Source: Candidatus Iainarchaeum sp. (GTDB lineage Archaea > B1Sed10-29 > WALL01). Taken from it: a stretch of DNA of 64,000 nucleotides. Positions 1 to 9,282 of the stretch are shown here, one piece after another. The stretch lies in NCBI GenBank assembly GCA_023129115.1, contig JAGMCR010000002.1:78753-142752 (forward strand), written 5' to 3'. The notes beneath the pieces are model-generated. The model ran no database searches, was not told the DNA's origin, and saw nothing but the letters and a program-made list of their open reading frames with translations. The first letter of the stretch is position 1. Each line of letters starts with the position of its first letter. A program made the position numbers and the translations under genes.

Positions 1-777
1 CCCGAGGAATTGCTGACCGAGGAAGACGTGCGTGCTTTAGTTGAAGCGTGTACGAACCCGCGCGACAAAGCTTTTGTCCTCACGTTGTACGAGAGTGGCT
101 GCCGAATAAGCGAGCTGCTGACGTTGCAGGTAAAGAGCGTGAGGTTTGACGAGCACGGCTCAATCTTGCGAGTGACTGGGAAGACCGGTGACAGGCGCGT
201 GAGGGTGATTTCCGCGGCTCCGGCAATCGCGTTGTGGCTCGACAACCACCCCACAAGGAAAGGGCACTTGTTTTGCTCCTTGGATGGGACGGGCATCAAC
301 TACTCGACCGCTAACGTGCTGTTAAGGAGGCTTGCTAAGAAGGCAGGCATTACGAAGCGTGTTAATCCGCACGGTTTCCGCCACGCCCGGGCCACGTCGC
401 TCGCGAACAAGCTCACAGAAGCCCAAATGAAGGAGTTCTTTGGTTGGGCTCAAAGTAGCGAGATGGCGGCTGTGTACGTCCACTTGTTGGGGCGGGACGT
501 GGACGATGCCCTGCTAAGCATTTACGGCGTGAAGCCACCCGAGGACGCTCGCAAGGAGCGTTTCGTGCCTAGGGCTTGTCCCAGGTGCAAGGAGACTAAT
601 TCTCCTGCTAGTAAATACTGTTGCAGGTGTGGCAGTGCGCTCGACCTCGCAACAGCGCTAGAGGCTGATGACAAGCACAAGGAAGCCGATGCATTGATGA
701 ACGAGCTCATCAAAGACGACAGGATAAAAGCGCTTCTATTGGAGCGGTTGGTTGCCATCCAAGCAGAGAATCATTAA
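1..777 (+). CDS. Tyrosine recombinase/integrase with C-terminal zinc ribbon (5'-truncated by window edge)
   Basis: Catalytic motifs SGCRISEL (R), GKTG (K), HGFRH (HxxR), FGW, VYVH (Y); C-terminal CPRC..CCRCG ribbon; frame open from base 1. Confidence 0.93.
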   Translation, partial: PEELLTEEDVRALVEACTNPRDKAFVLTLYESGCRISELLTLQVKSVRFDEHGSILRVTGKTGDRRVRVISAAPAIALWLDNHPTRKGHLFCSLDGTGINYSTANVLLRRLAKKAGITKRVNPHGFRHARATSLANKLTEAQMKEFFGWAQSSEMAAVYVHLLGRDVDDALLSIYGVKPPEDARKERFVPRACPRCKETNSPASKYCCRCGSALDLATALEADDKHKEADALMNELIKDDRIKALLLERLVAIQAENH

Positions 778-934
778 CCTTTTCGTTTGAGGTTGTTGTA
801 TATATTGAGTGGTTCAGCGCTCAAATTCTCGCGTTCCTGGCCTTGGTTCAACTGATTTTTTAGGAATTCAATAGCTGCCAAGTAGCTCATCGGGAGCGCA
901 TCAGAAGTGTTTTCTCCCCCTGTTCAGGAATCCA

Positions 935-1136
935 CATTACGAAAAAATTCGGATTTGAGAATGTTGTATTCTCTCTTGTATTAATGGGGCAGTTTTCGGT
1001 GCGGATTCTAAGGCGTTGCTAGTGATTGACCATTGTGTAATTAGGATTCTAATTATTCAGAAAGTAGGGGTTGTGTGAAGCTCGGGGGTGAATACTGACC
1101 CTGATGAGGGTTCTGCATTACGAAAAAATTGGGATT
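935..1136 (+). repeat. 21-bp direct repeat pair CATTACGAAAAAATT(C/G)GGATT
   Basis: Copies at 935-955 and 1116-1136, one mismatch, in the non-coding gap after the integrase. Confidence 0.75.
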
Positions 1137-1238
1137 CGGAAGTTGGCCTCCTTTTAGTGATAGAAAATGGATTTGGCCTTAGTTCACGTTTAAACATAGG
1201 TTTTTATTTGAGGACTGCTTTTTTGGCTAAGGAGCGGA

Positions 1239-1913
1239 TTGCTGATGACTGATACTTTAGTTGATGTTTTGCTGATGCCGAACATTATGGCACTATGGGT
1301 TCCAATAATCATAGCGGCCGCCTTAGTAATCCTAATGGGATTGGTTGTCCGCCACAAAAAAGTTTCTATATCTAAGTCTAAAAAATCGCCAGATAACAAA
1401 AAAGTTGCTTTCAGATCACTTGTGATTGTTGCAGTACTATCGTTGGTATTTTTCTTTGTTGAACCCCAGATAATAAAAGGTCTCTCCACACCACTTTTAA
1501 CAATCCCATTTAGTGTTGTCCCCGCTCTTCTACTCGGATTATTTTACACTGGACTTCAATACACTCCCATAGAAATCAAATCAGACAAGAAGAAAGCGAC
1601 GCTAACAGTTGATTTTATTACTATTAATCTATGCGCACTCTTCGCATTCTTGACATTGTTTAACTTCTCTCCTTATTTCCCCGGCGCGTTCACTAGCACG
1701 AGCAACATAGCAATCATTTTCATAATTGCGTTGGTACAGACTTTTTTGTTCTCGCTGATTGTGTTCGCTTCGGAAAAAGTAAAATTCATCAGACTAAAAA
1801 ATTTCCTTGGGATTCCAAATTGGCTGATATGTGTTATACTCTTTATCCTGCCTTGGTTGTTTTTGATGTATGAAAAAGCTATCCCAGTGGTGGGTGGCCT
1901 CAGGACCCTATAA
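1239..1913 (+). CDS. Hypothetical multi-pass membrane protein
   Basis: 224-aa ORF with about 6 hydrophobic segments; AT-rich; no recognised motif. Confidence 0.7.
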   Translation: MLMTDTLVDVLLMPNIMALWVPIIIAAALVILMGLVVRHKKVSISKSKKSPDNKKVAFRSLVIVAVLSLVFFFVEPQIIKGLSTPLLTIPFSVVPALLLGLFYTGLQYTPIEIKSDKKKATLTVDFITINLCALFAFLTLFNFSPYFPGAFTSTSNIAIIFIIALVQTFLFSLIVFASEKVKFIRLKNFLGIPNWLICVILFILPWLFLMYEKAIPVVGGLRTL

Positions 1914-2004
1914 TCAAAAATGCCTAAATCGGCATTTGTTTAAACGTTTGGACGATATGTATTTATTCTGCAAGCGCTTTTTGTTTGAGTCGGGGTGTTC
2001 TTCA

Positions 2005-4818
2005 ATGAAGCGAATGTTAGATGCATCTAAGGGCTCAGTTATAGTGGTGGTTTTTATCCTACTCTTAATTGTTGGGGTTTATGCGTTTGCTCCGTGTCCT
2101 GTTTCTCCACCAGTAAACGAAGGTGACCCACTGCCAATACCTTGCTTTGAAGAAGGTATGTGCATGGGTGGTTGTTGCTGCTATGATGGTTATCTTCTTC
2201 TCGAAAGGAATACTACTGAAGAACAGCCCAGCGCGATTACAGGTATGATGGTAGCAACCGCACCTTTAGAAGGCAATGCAATTGAGCCCCACAAAGTGGT
2301 TAGTTTGGTTGGTTTTGAAGGCTATGACAAGAATAGGGACAAGGTTGCGGATTCCATGCAGAACGGTGTTTACTTAGAGGGCGCTACAAAAGAACTATTC
2401 ACTGTTGCTTTTGACCACAAACCAACAGAAGAAGACAAAAAACTGGTTAGAGATATGGGTGGGGAGGTTGTTTACGATTTCTCATTGATTTACGCTTTAA
2501 CAGTTAGGATACAACCAACCAAAATAACTGAGTATGCAGCAGCCAATCCACATGTAGTTATCGTGAGTGACCCCCGTGTAACTAGATCACTGAAGATATA
2601 CCGCACAGCAAAAGTAGTTCGTGTTCGACCTCTAGTTTGGGAAACCTATGGCTACAATGGTAGCGGGGAAGTAGTCACAGTAATGGATAGTGGCGTAGAT
2701 GACTCCCACGCAGATTTACAAGGCAAAATAAAAAACTGGATGGACTGCAATCCTGCAGGATGCACTACTATTGGTCAGACACTGCATGACAACGTGGGCC
2801 ATGGAACGAGTATTGCGGGGATTATTGTGGGGTCTGGGACGCAGGTGGGTGGTTCTAGTGGAGTAGCCACAGTGAACATTATGATTCATAGCCGGTTTAC
2901 GGGCGAAGGCGGAGAAGTATGGGGTGGCTATTTTTCAGTGGATACTGATGATAACACCCATTCCATTGACGGAACCCTTAATTGGGAGGCGGCTGACGGG
3001 CAGGACAATTACACAATAAAAGTAACCAACTCTACAGGGCTACCAAACGGTGTTATTGGGGACGAAACTTCCGATTCAGACCCCTTAACCTTAACCACCA
3101 ACTCATTCACAGAAACCAGTGAAATCCAGTACAAGTTTTACGTTAGCGCAGAGAGTGGCAATGCACATAACAGCACTGATGAAGCCTATTTCGCGCAAAT
3201 GAGTACACCTATTGAATCGGTGGGGGATAGTTATAACCTCATGAGGGGACTGGCACCAGGTAGCGAGCTTGTTTCCGTGAAAGTTGTGCCAGATGATAAT
3301 GACATAGCTCATTTATGGACTATGAATAATGCCTATGATTGGATTGGGTCTAATTCTGAATCAGATGGCGTTAAAGTGGTTTCCATTAGTTTGGGTGGGA
3401 CAACCGCTGACCCTATTGAATCAAAAGTCATTAGTAACACGATAGACAAAGGGGTTCTGCCCGTTGCAGCAACAGGTAATGATAACGGTGTTATCGACTA
3501 CCCTGCTAGGTATCCTGAAGTGCTTGCTGTGGGGGCGATTGACAGCGATGGAGACGTGGCGGATTACAGTAATTACGGGAACTCAAGTGAAGGCTCTGAA
3601 AAATGGCCCGATGTTGTTGCTCCCGGTGGGTCAAGCTGGTTCACTTATGAAAAATACCCTGTTTTAACACTCGACACAAACGACGCTGAGTGTGTGACGA
3701 ACACAGGCCTAACTACATGCGAAAGTTTCTCTGAAGAATACACTAATGACTCCATCTATGCGTACGGTACTTCCATGGCTGTCCCCCACGTATCCGCGAT
3801 AGCTGCCTTGATTGCTGAGGCGAAGGGGAGTTGGACTTACAACTCTTCTACTGACCCGTTGTGGGTAAAAATGGTTATTTCGATGACGGCTTGGGAGACC
3901 AACGAAACCAACCGTGGTTCTAAAGACATCTATGAAGGCTATGGAGTAGTCGCTGCCGACGCGGCAATCGAAGCGGTTATCTTCAACCACACGCTTGGGG
4001 ACATTGAGTCAGATACTTTTGGCTCGGGATTGACTGACAAGAAGGTGTGGGCCCGCGAAGTTTCGCCGGGAGACAAGGAAATTGATTTCACGCTGGTGGT
4101 GCCAAGCGGCGCGGACTACGACCTCTACCTTTACAACAATACTCCTGACCAGTACGGCCAGCCACAGATACTGGACAATTCGACAACTGCTGCGACCGGC
4201 GGCACAGAAAGCATTACCTACAACTTTTCGGCGAGTCAGGAAGCGTATTTGGTGGTGAAGTGGGTCAGCGGTAACGGAGCATTTACTTTGTCTAGTGTGG
4301 AAGACAAGGACAAAATGAGTTTGATTCAGGGTTGGAACCAGTTTTCGTTCCCGAAGCTTCCGGCGAACAAGACTGTGGCCAACGTGTTCTCTTCAATTAG
4401 TGGTAGTTATGACCGGATAGATGATTACATCGCTAACAACAAGTCGTGGCGGATTTACGACGTAGCTGCAATTGGCTATTCCATGACGTTAAGCAACATT
4501 GAGGGGGGCAGGTCTTATCGCATTCATATGAACCAGGCCGACACAATTGAGTTCAGCGGCACGGACGTGGCGCCAATCAATATCTCGCTTTATGAGGGCT
4601 GGAATTGGCTCGCTTGGCCAGGCGAGACGGAGGCAATCGCCAGTGCGTTGAGCTCAATCGACGGGAGCTACAACAGAATAGATGAACTCTACGCTGGGGA
4701 GTGGGAAATTTATGATAGCTCCATCCCCGATGAGTACGACCAATCCCTGGACTACATGAAAAGAGGCAGAGGGTACGTAATTCTCATGAACTCTAACGAC
4801 ACACTCGAGGTGAATTAG
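2005..4818 (+). CDS. Secreted S8 subtilisin-like serine protease with propeptide, insert domain and C-terminal PPC-like/repeat domains
   Basis: Triad motifs VMDSG, GHGT, GTSMAVPHV; oxyanion AATGN; N-terminal hydrophobic signal; ATG 2005 chosen because the longer ORF overlaps the upstream gene. Confidence 0.92.
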   Translation: MKRMLDASKGSVIVVVFILLLIVGVYAFAPCPVSPPVNEGDPLPIPCFEEGMCMGGCCCYDGYLLLERNTTEEQPSAITGMMVATAPLEGNAIEPHKVVSLVGFEGYDKNRDKVADSMQNGVYLEGATKELFTVAFDHKPTEEDKKLVRDMGGEVVYDFSLIYALTVRIQPTKITEYAAANPHVVIVSDPRVTRSLKIYRTAKVVRVRPLVWETYGYNGSGEVVTVMDSGVDDSHADLQGKIKNWMDCNPAGCTTIGQTLHDNVGHGTSIAGIIVGSGTQVGGSSGVATVNIMIHSRFTGEGGEVWGGYFSVDTDDNTHSIDGTLNWEAADGQDNYTIKVTNSTGLPNGVIGDETSDSDPLTLTTNSFTETSEIQYKFYVSAESGNAHNSTDEAYFAQMSTPIESVGDSYNLMRGLAPGSELVSVKVVPDDNDIAHLWTMNNAYDWIGSNSESDGVKVVSISLGGTTADPIESKVISNTIDKGVLPVAATGNDNGVIDYPARYPEVLAVGAIDSDGDVADYSNYGNSSEGSEKWPDVVAPGGSSWFTYEKYPVLTLDTNDAECVTNTGLTTCESFSEEYTNDSIYAYGTSMAVPHVSAIAALIAEAKGSWTYNSSTDPLWVKMVISMTAWETNETNRGSKDIYEGYGVVAADAAIEAVIFNHTLGDIESDTFGSGLTDKKVWAREVSPGDKEIDFTLVVPSGADYDLYLYNNTPDQYGQPQILDNSTTAATGGTESITYNFSASQEAYLVVKWVSGNGAFTLSSVEDKDKMSLIQGWNQFSFPKLPANKTVANVFSSISGSYDRIDDYIANNKSWRIYDVAAIGYSMTLSNIEGGRSYRIHMNQADTIEFSGTDVAPINISLYEGWNWLAWPGETEAIASALSSIDGSYNRIDELYAGEWEIYDSSIPDEYDQSLDYMKRGRGYVILMNSNDTLEVN

Positions 4819-4938
4819 AGGGGGATACTTGACCTGGTCAAGCTGTCCTCCCGGGGCTCTGACCCTACGGTAGTAGAGCCTGCACCAAACTATTTATAGA
4901 ACTTTGAGCAGAAGCCCTTGCGATGGGCAGGATAAACC

Positions 4939-5508
4939 TCATTCAAAATGGTGTTTATGCTTTTCGAGTTTTTTCATGCGTTTCTTGTTTAGGTGAATTG
5001 TTTCTTTGGTTGCGCGGCTTTGGCGCTCGACTTCGAACGCGGTTATTCCAAGGTCGTGGGCCTCACACGCTGTTTTGATTGCACTGGCTGCTTGGACTAT
5101 GTCTTCTCTTCGTGTTGACGGGTTTTGTTTTTTGTCTTCATTAAGTATATCAATTGCGAGGTCAATTGTTTTGTTTGGCAGCCCTAACCTCTTGCCTTGT
5201 TTTTGGATGATTTCTTGGGGAGTTGGAGTAGCTATGCCCGTAGCCTTGCGGAAGTCCTCGATGTCTTCTAGGCTTAGATTAATGGAGTTATCGGCGGCTC
5301 TGAAGTTGTACCTGCCAATTTCCATCCCCTGGTTTTGGCCCGCAACCCAACTTATTAAGCTCGCTTTTTTCACTGGCTCCGCATTGTACGCAATAACCTC
5401 TTTTTTCTTCCTGAGCCTCTCGACTTCTTTTACGAGTGCATCTTCTGCCTCGCCGGGAAAAACACGCAGCCGCCTTACTTTTTCCAAGATTTGGTCCATT
5501 TTAGACAT
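4939..5508 (-). CDS. Protein with a single divergent TFIIB/TFB-type cyclin-fold repeat
   Basis: C-terminal half PQEIIQKQGKRLGLPNKTIDLAIDIL...AASAIKTACEAHDLGITAFEVERQSRATKETI follows the TFB second-repeat pattern; no zinc ribbon. Confidence 0.6.
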   Translation of the reverse strand: MSKMDQILEKVRRLRVFPGEAEDALVKEVERLRKKKEVIAYNAEPVKKASLISWVAGQNQGMEIGRYNFRAADNSINLSLEDIEDFRKATGIATPTPQEIIQKQGKRLGLPNKTIDLAIDILNEDKKQNPSTRREDIVQAASAIKTACEAHDLGITAFEVERQSRATKETIHLNKKRMKKLEKHKHHFE

Positions 5509-5742
5509 AACAACAAATGACTCAGTTCTAAAATAAAAACCTTTTTATCCCTCTTAGAGTTATGTGCAAAGCCGTGGGCTAACCTTAAAAATGGTTGATG
5601 AGTGTAGTTACGCAGTATACACCGCGGGATGGTATCCATGATAGACAGGTCATTTCCTAGGAAGTTCCGCGGAAATGAGGTGTGTGAGGGGCAAAAAGCG
5701 GTGCAGGCTCTATAGCCGTACGAGCTGTTCCCTCCCGAGGCT

Positions 5743-6079
5743 CAGCGTCCTGGGGGGCGCAGCCCCCCACGAAGCCCATGACGTTGACACAAGTCAACGT
5801 CCAGTCCACGGGAAGAGTCCCCTCAGTAATACTGTACTAGCTGCTGCCGGGCGGCCTTGCGCCGCCCTCGTCTAACGTGCCGCCTGAGTTTCAGGCGCTC
5901 CCGAGGCTCAGCGTCCTGGGGGGCGCAGCCCCCCACTACCCCGGGAAGCGCCCCCCCAGGTGAGTGGGTAAGAGCTCGCTTCCGCTCGCGGTTTTTGTCT
6001 CTGGGAATCGCAGATTCCCAAGCCTAACGTGCTGTACCGTGAATCCCAACGGATTTGCGGTTGTCCTGAGTTTCAGGCG
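5743..6079 (+). repeat. Two tandem non-coding mini-elements (about 155 and 170 bp) between core copies
   Basis: Each begins CAGCGTCCTGGGGGGCGCAGCCCCCCAC and ends ...CCTGAGTTTCAGGCG, followed by CTCCCGAGGCT. Confidence 0.85.
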
Positions 6080-6295
6080 CTCCCGAGGCTCTGACCCTAC
6101 GGTAGCAGAGCCCGCTTCACCCCAAGCATGAGGCCGGACTTGCGCATAAGCTTCCTAGGGGTTTGTGGGGTTTGGGCCAATAAATTTATCAGGTTGTGGC
6201 ATTCCTCGCTGAAGTATTGTCCCGCTGTCACTAAAAAACCCGTCCATTCCCTACAATAACGCTTAAAATATTGCCGTGGGGCGCATTCAGTCACG

Positions 6296-6335
6296 TTTAT
6301 AAACTATAACATGTTAGATATATCGGTACCGATAT
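6296..6335 (+). promoter_or_regulatory. TATA box plus perfect 16-bp palindrome (candidate PadR operator)
   Basis: TTTATAAA at 6296-6303; ATATCGGTACCGATAT at 6320-6335, just upstream of the ATG at 6350. Confidence 0.65.
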
Positions 6336-6349
6336 TAAAAGGTTTTGTT

Positions 6350-6847
6350 ATGAACTTGTTTGCTAGGGGCTTGCTGAAAATTTATGTCTTGTACATGGCC
6401 AAACAGGGTTCCATTTCAGGCAGTGATGTTGCCAAGAGCATAAGCGCTGCCACAGACGGGCGGTGGAAGCCGAGCTTTGGCTCGATTTACCCGCTGCTGG
6501 GGAGGTTTGAGGAAGATGGCCTGCTGTGCCAGGAGGCTAGGAAGGGAAAGCAGGTCTTTTACTCACTCACCAAGAAGGGTGTGAAAGAGTTCGAGAGGCA
6601 GAGGGAAAAATACATTGCCGAGTACGAGGACAACCTCGGGACGCTGTTCCCCCTGGTCTTCCAGCTGGCGCAGTTCGAGGCCGACAAAGAGCTGCAAGAC
6701 GCCGTCACGAACCTGAACCAAGTGTTCGCGAAATACAAGAAATACTTGTTCAACCTGGAGCTAAACGAAAAAGTGGAGAAAAGAAAGCGCATAATCAAGG
6801 ACTTGTCCGCCACCCTTTCGGACCACATGAGCAAGCTGGAGAAGTGA
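6350..6847 (+). CDS. PadR-family transcriptional regulator
   Basis: WKPSFGSIYPLLGRFEEDGLL...YSLTKKG winged-helix signature. Confidence 0.9.
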   Translation: MNLFARGLLKIYVLYMAKQGSISGSDVAKSISAATDGRWKPSFGSIYPLLGRFEEDGLLCQEARKGKQVFYSLTKKGVKEFERQREKYIAEYEDNLGTLFPLVFQLAQFEADKELQDAVTNLNQVFAKYKKYLFNLELNEKVEKRKRIIKDLSATLSDHMSKLEK

Positions 6848-6851
6848 TGTT

Positions 6852-8174
6852 ATGGAAAAATACGACGCAATTGTTGTGGGGTGTGGCATAAGCGGGCTGC
6901 TCGCGGGCCTTGCGCTTGCCAAGGAAGGAAAGAGTGTGCTAATGCTCGAGAAGGAAGACAAAGTTGGTGGCGCGTGCAGGTCTTACGACGTTGACGGCTT
7001 CGTGGTCGACACCGGGCCGCATGTGATTACTGGGCGGGGGAATGGGCCAACCCAATTGCTGATAGACAAGTATTTTGACGTGGTGCCGAAGTTCATTGAG
7101 AGCAGAAAATATTTCCTGCGGTTTGACGGCAAGTTATACGCTTTCCCTTGGACGATTCCGGCTTGGCTATCGTTCCCACCGTTCTCAGTCGAAGACAGGC
7201 TCATCATTGTCCAGGTGATGTTCAAGTTGTTGGCAGACTATGCCTCTGGCAAAGGCTTGGGGGATAAAGTGGTGTCTGATTACACGGCGGGCCATGAGCT
7301 CTCGGGAAGGGCGCTGCAGTTCATTGATTGCATGTGCCTGTTTTTGACGGGCGTTTGCATGGAGGAAACGCCCGTGAGCCGAATCCTTTCCGGGGGAAGG
7401 AGCAAAAACAAGACAAAAGCGGAAAAAATAAAAGAGATTTTGGTTGAAAACGGGAAGACCCATTACTATCCGCGTGGGGGGATCCAAACTATTGTTAACT
7501 CTGTATTGCAGTCCCTCCCGAAGAACGCCGGGATTCACAAGAGCGAAGAAGCAACCAAAATCGTGGTCAGTGGCGGGCGTGTTTCTGGTGTCGCCACGGA
7601 CAAAGGCGAGTACGCCACGAAGGTAGTGGTTTACGCTGGACCGAACAAGCTCCTTCCCGGCTTGGTGGAACTGCCCCAAGAGTACATCCAAAAATTCAGG
7701 GGCTTGAAGCAAGCGAGGACGCTGACGCTGTGGCTCGGGCTAAATAAAAAATACTTCGCAGAAGTTGGGACAGAGCTTTGGACCGAAACAAAAAAGCCTT
7801 GCTGGGCCGTCCCAACATCCAATTTTGATTCTGCACTCGCCCCGACGGGGAAGCACTTGGTGGGCTTCGGCTTCGTGCTCGCGGAAGATGAGCAGGTGAC
7901 CGACGACAACATTGACGACTATGTCAAAGTAGTCGAGGAAGTGTTCCCGGGCATAAGGGAACACATCGAGATGACCCATTACCAAGTGCTGGTTGCCGAG
8001 CAGGCAGCCAACGCAAAAGACAATTTCTTCAGCGGGGTCAAGCTGCCGGTCGATGGGCTGTACGCGGTCGGCACTGACGTCGACAGGCGGAGCATGGGCG
8101 TGACGAGGGCCGCGTACTCCGTAGTCTCGTTGATTGAAGCCCTAAAACAAGGCGGTTTTGTTACGAAGGTGTGA
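6852..8174 (+). CDS. FAD-dependent oxidoreductase, phytoene desaturase-like (COG1233)
   Basis: GCGISGL dinucleotide motif, EK..VGG.CRS, DTGPH, YPRGG, GLYAVG. Confidence 0.85.
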   Translation: MEKYDAIVVGCGISGLLAGLALAKEGKSVLMLEKEDKVGGACRSYDVDGFVVDTGPHVITGRGNGPTQLLIDKYFDVVPKFIESRKYFLRFDGKLYAFPWTIPAWLSFPPFSVEDRLIIVQVMFKLLADYASGKGLGDKVVSDYTAGHELSGRALQFIDCMCLFLTGVCMEETPVSRILSGGRSKNKTKAEKIKEILVENGKTHYYPRGGIQTIVNSVLQSLPKNAGIHKSEEATKIVVSGGRVSGVATDKGEYATKVVVYAGPNKLLPGLVELPQEYIQKFRGLKQARTLTLWLGLNKKYFAEVGTELWTETKKPCWAVPTSNFDSALAPTGKHLVGFGFVLAEDEQVTDDNIDDYVKVVEEVFPGIREHIEMTHYQVLVAEQAANAKDNFFSGVKLPVDGLYAVGTDVDRRSMGVTRAAYSVVSLIEALKQGGFVTKV

Positions 8175-8178
8175 AAAA

Positions 8179-9276
8179 ATGAAGTACAAAAAAATAGTTT
8201 TCCCGCGGGACGGTGCCGCCCATGACAACGTTATTGAGTGGTGGTACTTTAACGGGCACCTGAAGGACGGGAATGGCAATGGGTATGCCTTCATGGACTG
8301 CCTGTTCAAGGCAAAGCCCAAAGAAGTGAAACTTCCTTTTTTGAAAAAGATTCCACTCAAAAACGCTTATTTCGCCCACTCCCTTTTGTCTGACATCAAG
8401 GACAACGTGTTTTATTCAAGCGTGCAGCCCCTGAGCATACTCTCGAGGGACAGCTTTTCAAAGCCCTTGTTTTTCGTGAATTACTCCCACCCCTCTTTGG
8501 GCGGCTACCTGAATTACGAAATCGAGGAGATTGACGGGTTCAAGTATAGAATCAAGTCCGAGTTCTTTGACTTGACCTTGAGCTCGACCAAGAAGCCGCT
8601 GCTTGAGGGCGGGCGCGGGTTCATTGACTTGAATTCAAAGCAAACGTTTTACTACTCGCTGACAAACCTCGAGACAGAGGGATACGTCACTGTCAACGGC
8701 AAGCGAATCAAGGTAAAAGGCAAGTCCTGGATGGACCACCAGTGGGCCGACGTCCCGTACTCGAAGGACAAGTGGAGCTGGTTTTCAATCCAATTGGACA
8801 ACAACACGGAAATGGTTTGCTTTGAGTATGGCGACAAGAAAAAGAAGACTTATCTCGCGAGCATTTCGTACGCGAACGGAAGGGTCGCCCACGCCAGTGA
8901 CTTATCACTAACCCCATTAGGCCAGGTATGGGAGAGCAAGAGAACTGGCGCCAAGTATCCCCTTTCATGGAGGATTCAAGTCCCGTCAAAAAGAATTGAC
9001 CTCGTGGTGAGCCCCTTAATGAAAGAACAGGAAATAATTTTTGGGCCAATCAACTACTGGGAGGGGCCGTTAAAAGTAACGGGAAAAGTGAACAACAAAA
9101 AAGTGGCTGGAAAAGGATTTTCAGAGCTTGTCGGCTACCCGACAACAAAGTCTTTTGTTGAGTTTTATGAGCCAGAACTAAGGAAAATCGAGAAAATAGT
9201 TAAAAGAGACTTAAGCGAATGGGTGGGTCATACGATTAGTGGAAAGCCGGGGTTTGCCGCGGATCGCAGGAAGTGA
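8179..9276 (+). CDS. CrtC/AttH-like carotenoid 1,2-hydratase family (lipocalin-like) protein
   Basis: H...EWWYFNG, YYSLT, WMDHQW, W.WFSIQL, YP.SW and YWEG motifs. Confidence 0.85.
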   Translation: MKYKKIVFPRDGAAHDNVIEWWYFNGHLKDGNGNGYAFMDCLFKAKPKEVKLPFLKKIPLKNAYFAHSLLSDIKDNVFYSSVQPLSILSRDSFSKPLFFVNYSHPSLGGYLNYEIEEIDGFKYRIKSEFFDLTLSSTKKPLLEGGRGFIDLNSKQTFYYSLTNLETEGYVTVNGKRIKVKGKSWMDHQWADVPYSKDKWSWFSIQLDNNTEMVCFEYGDKKKKTYLASISYANGRVAHASDLSLTPLGQVWESKRTGAKYPLSWRIQVPSKRIDLVVSPLMKEQEIIFGPINYWEGPLKVTGKVNNKKVAGKGFSELVGYPTTKSFVEFYEPELRKIEKIVKRDLSEWVGHTISGKPGFAADRRK

Positions 9277-9282
9277 GGTTGT

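Noticed and set aside
1-777. Canonical integron integrase IntI with attC array
   Set aside because: No visible IntI-specific insertion, and the repeats lack a full RYYYAAC...GTTRRRY attC layout of normal length; kept only as an analogy.
913-922. TCTCCCCCTG match to the tRNA-Leu 3' end as an att site
   Set aside because: Only 10 bp, no flanking modules; could be chance.
1101-1126. Hammerhead ribozyme core (CTGATGA...GAAA)
   Set aside because: The intervening sequence does not form stem II and stems I/III are not evident.
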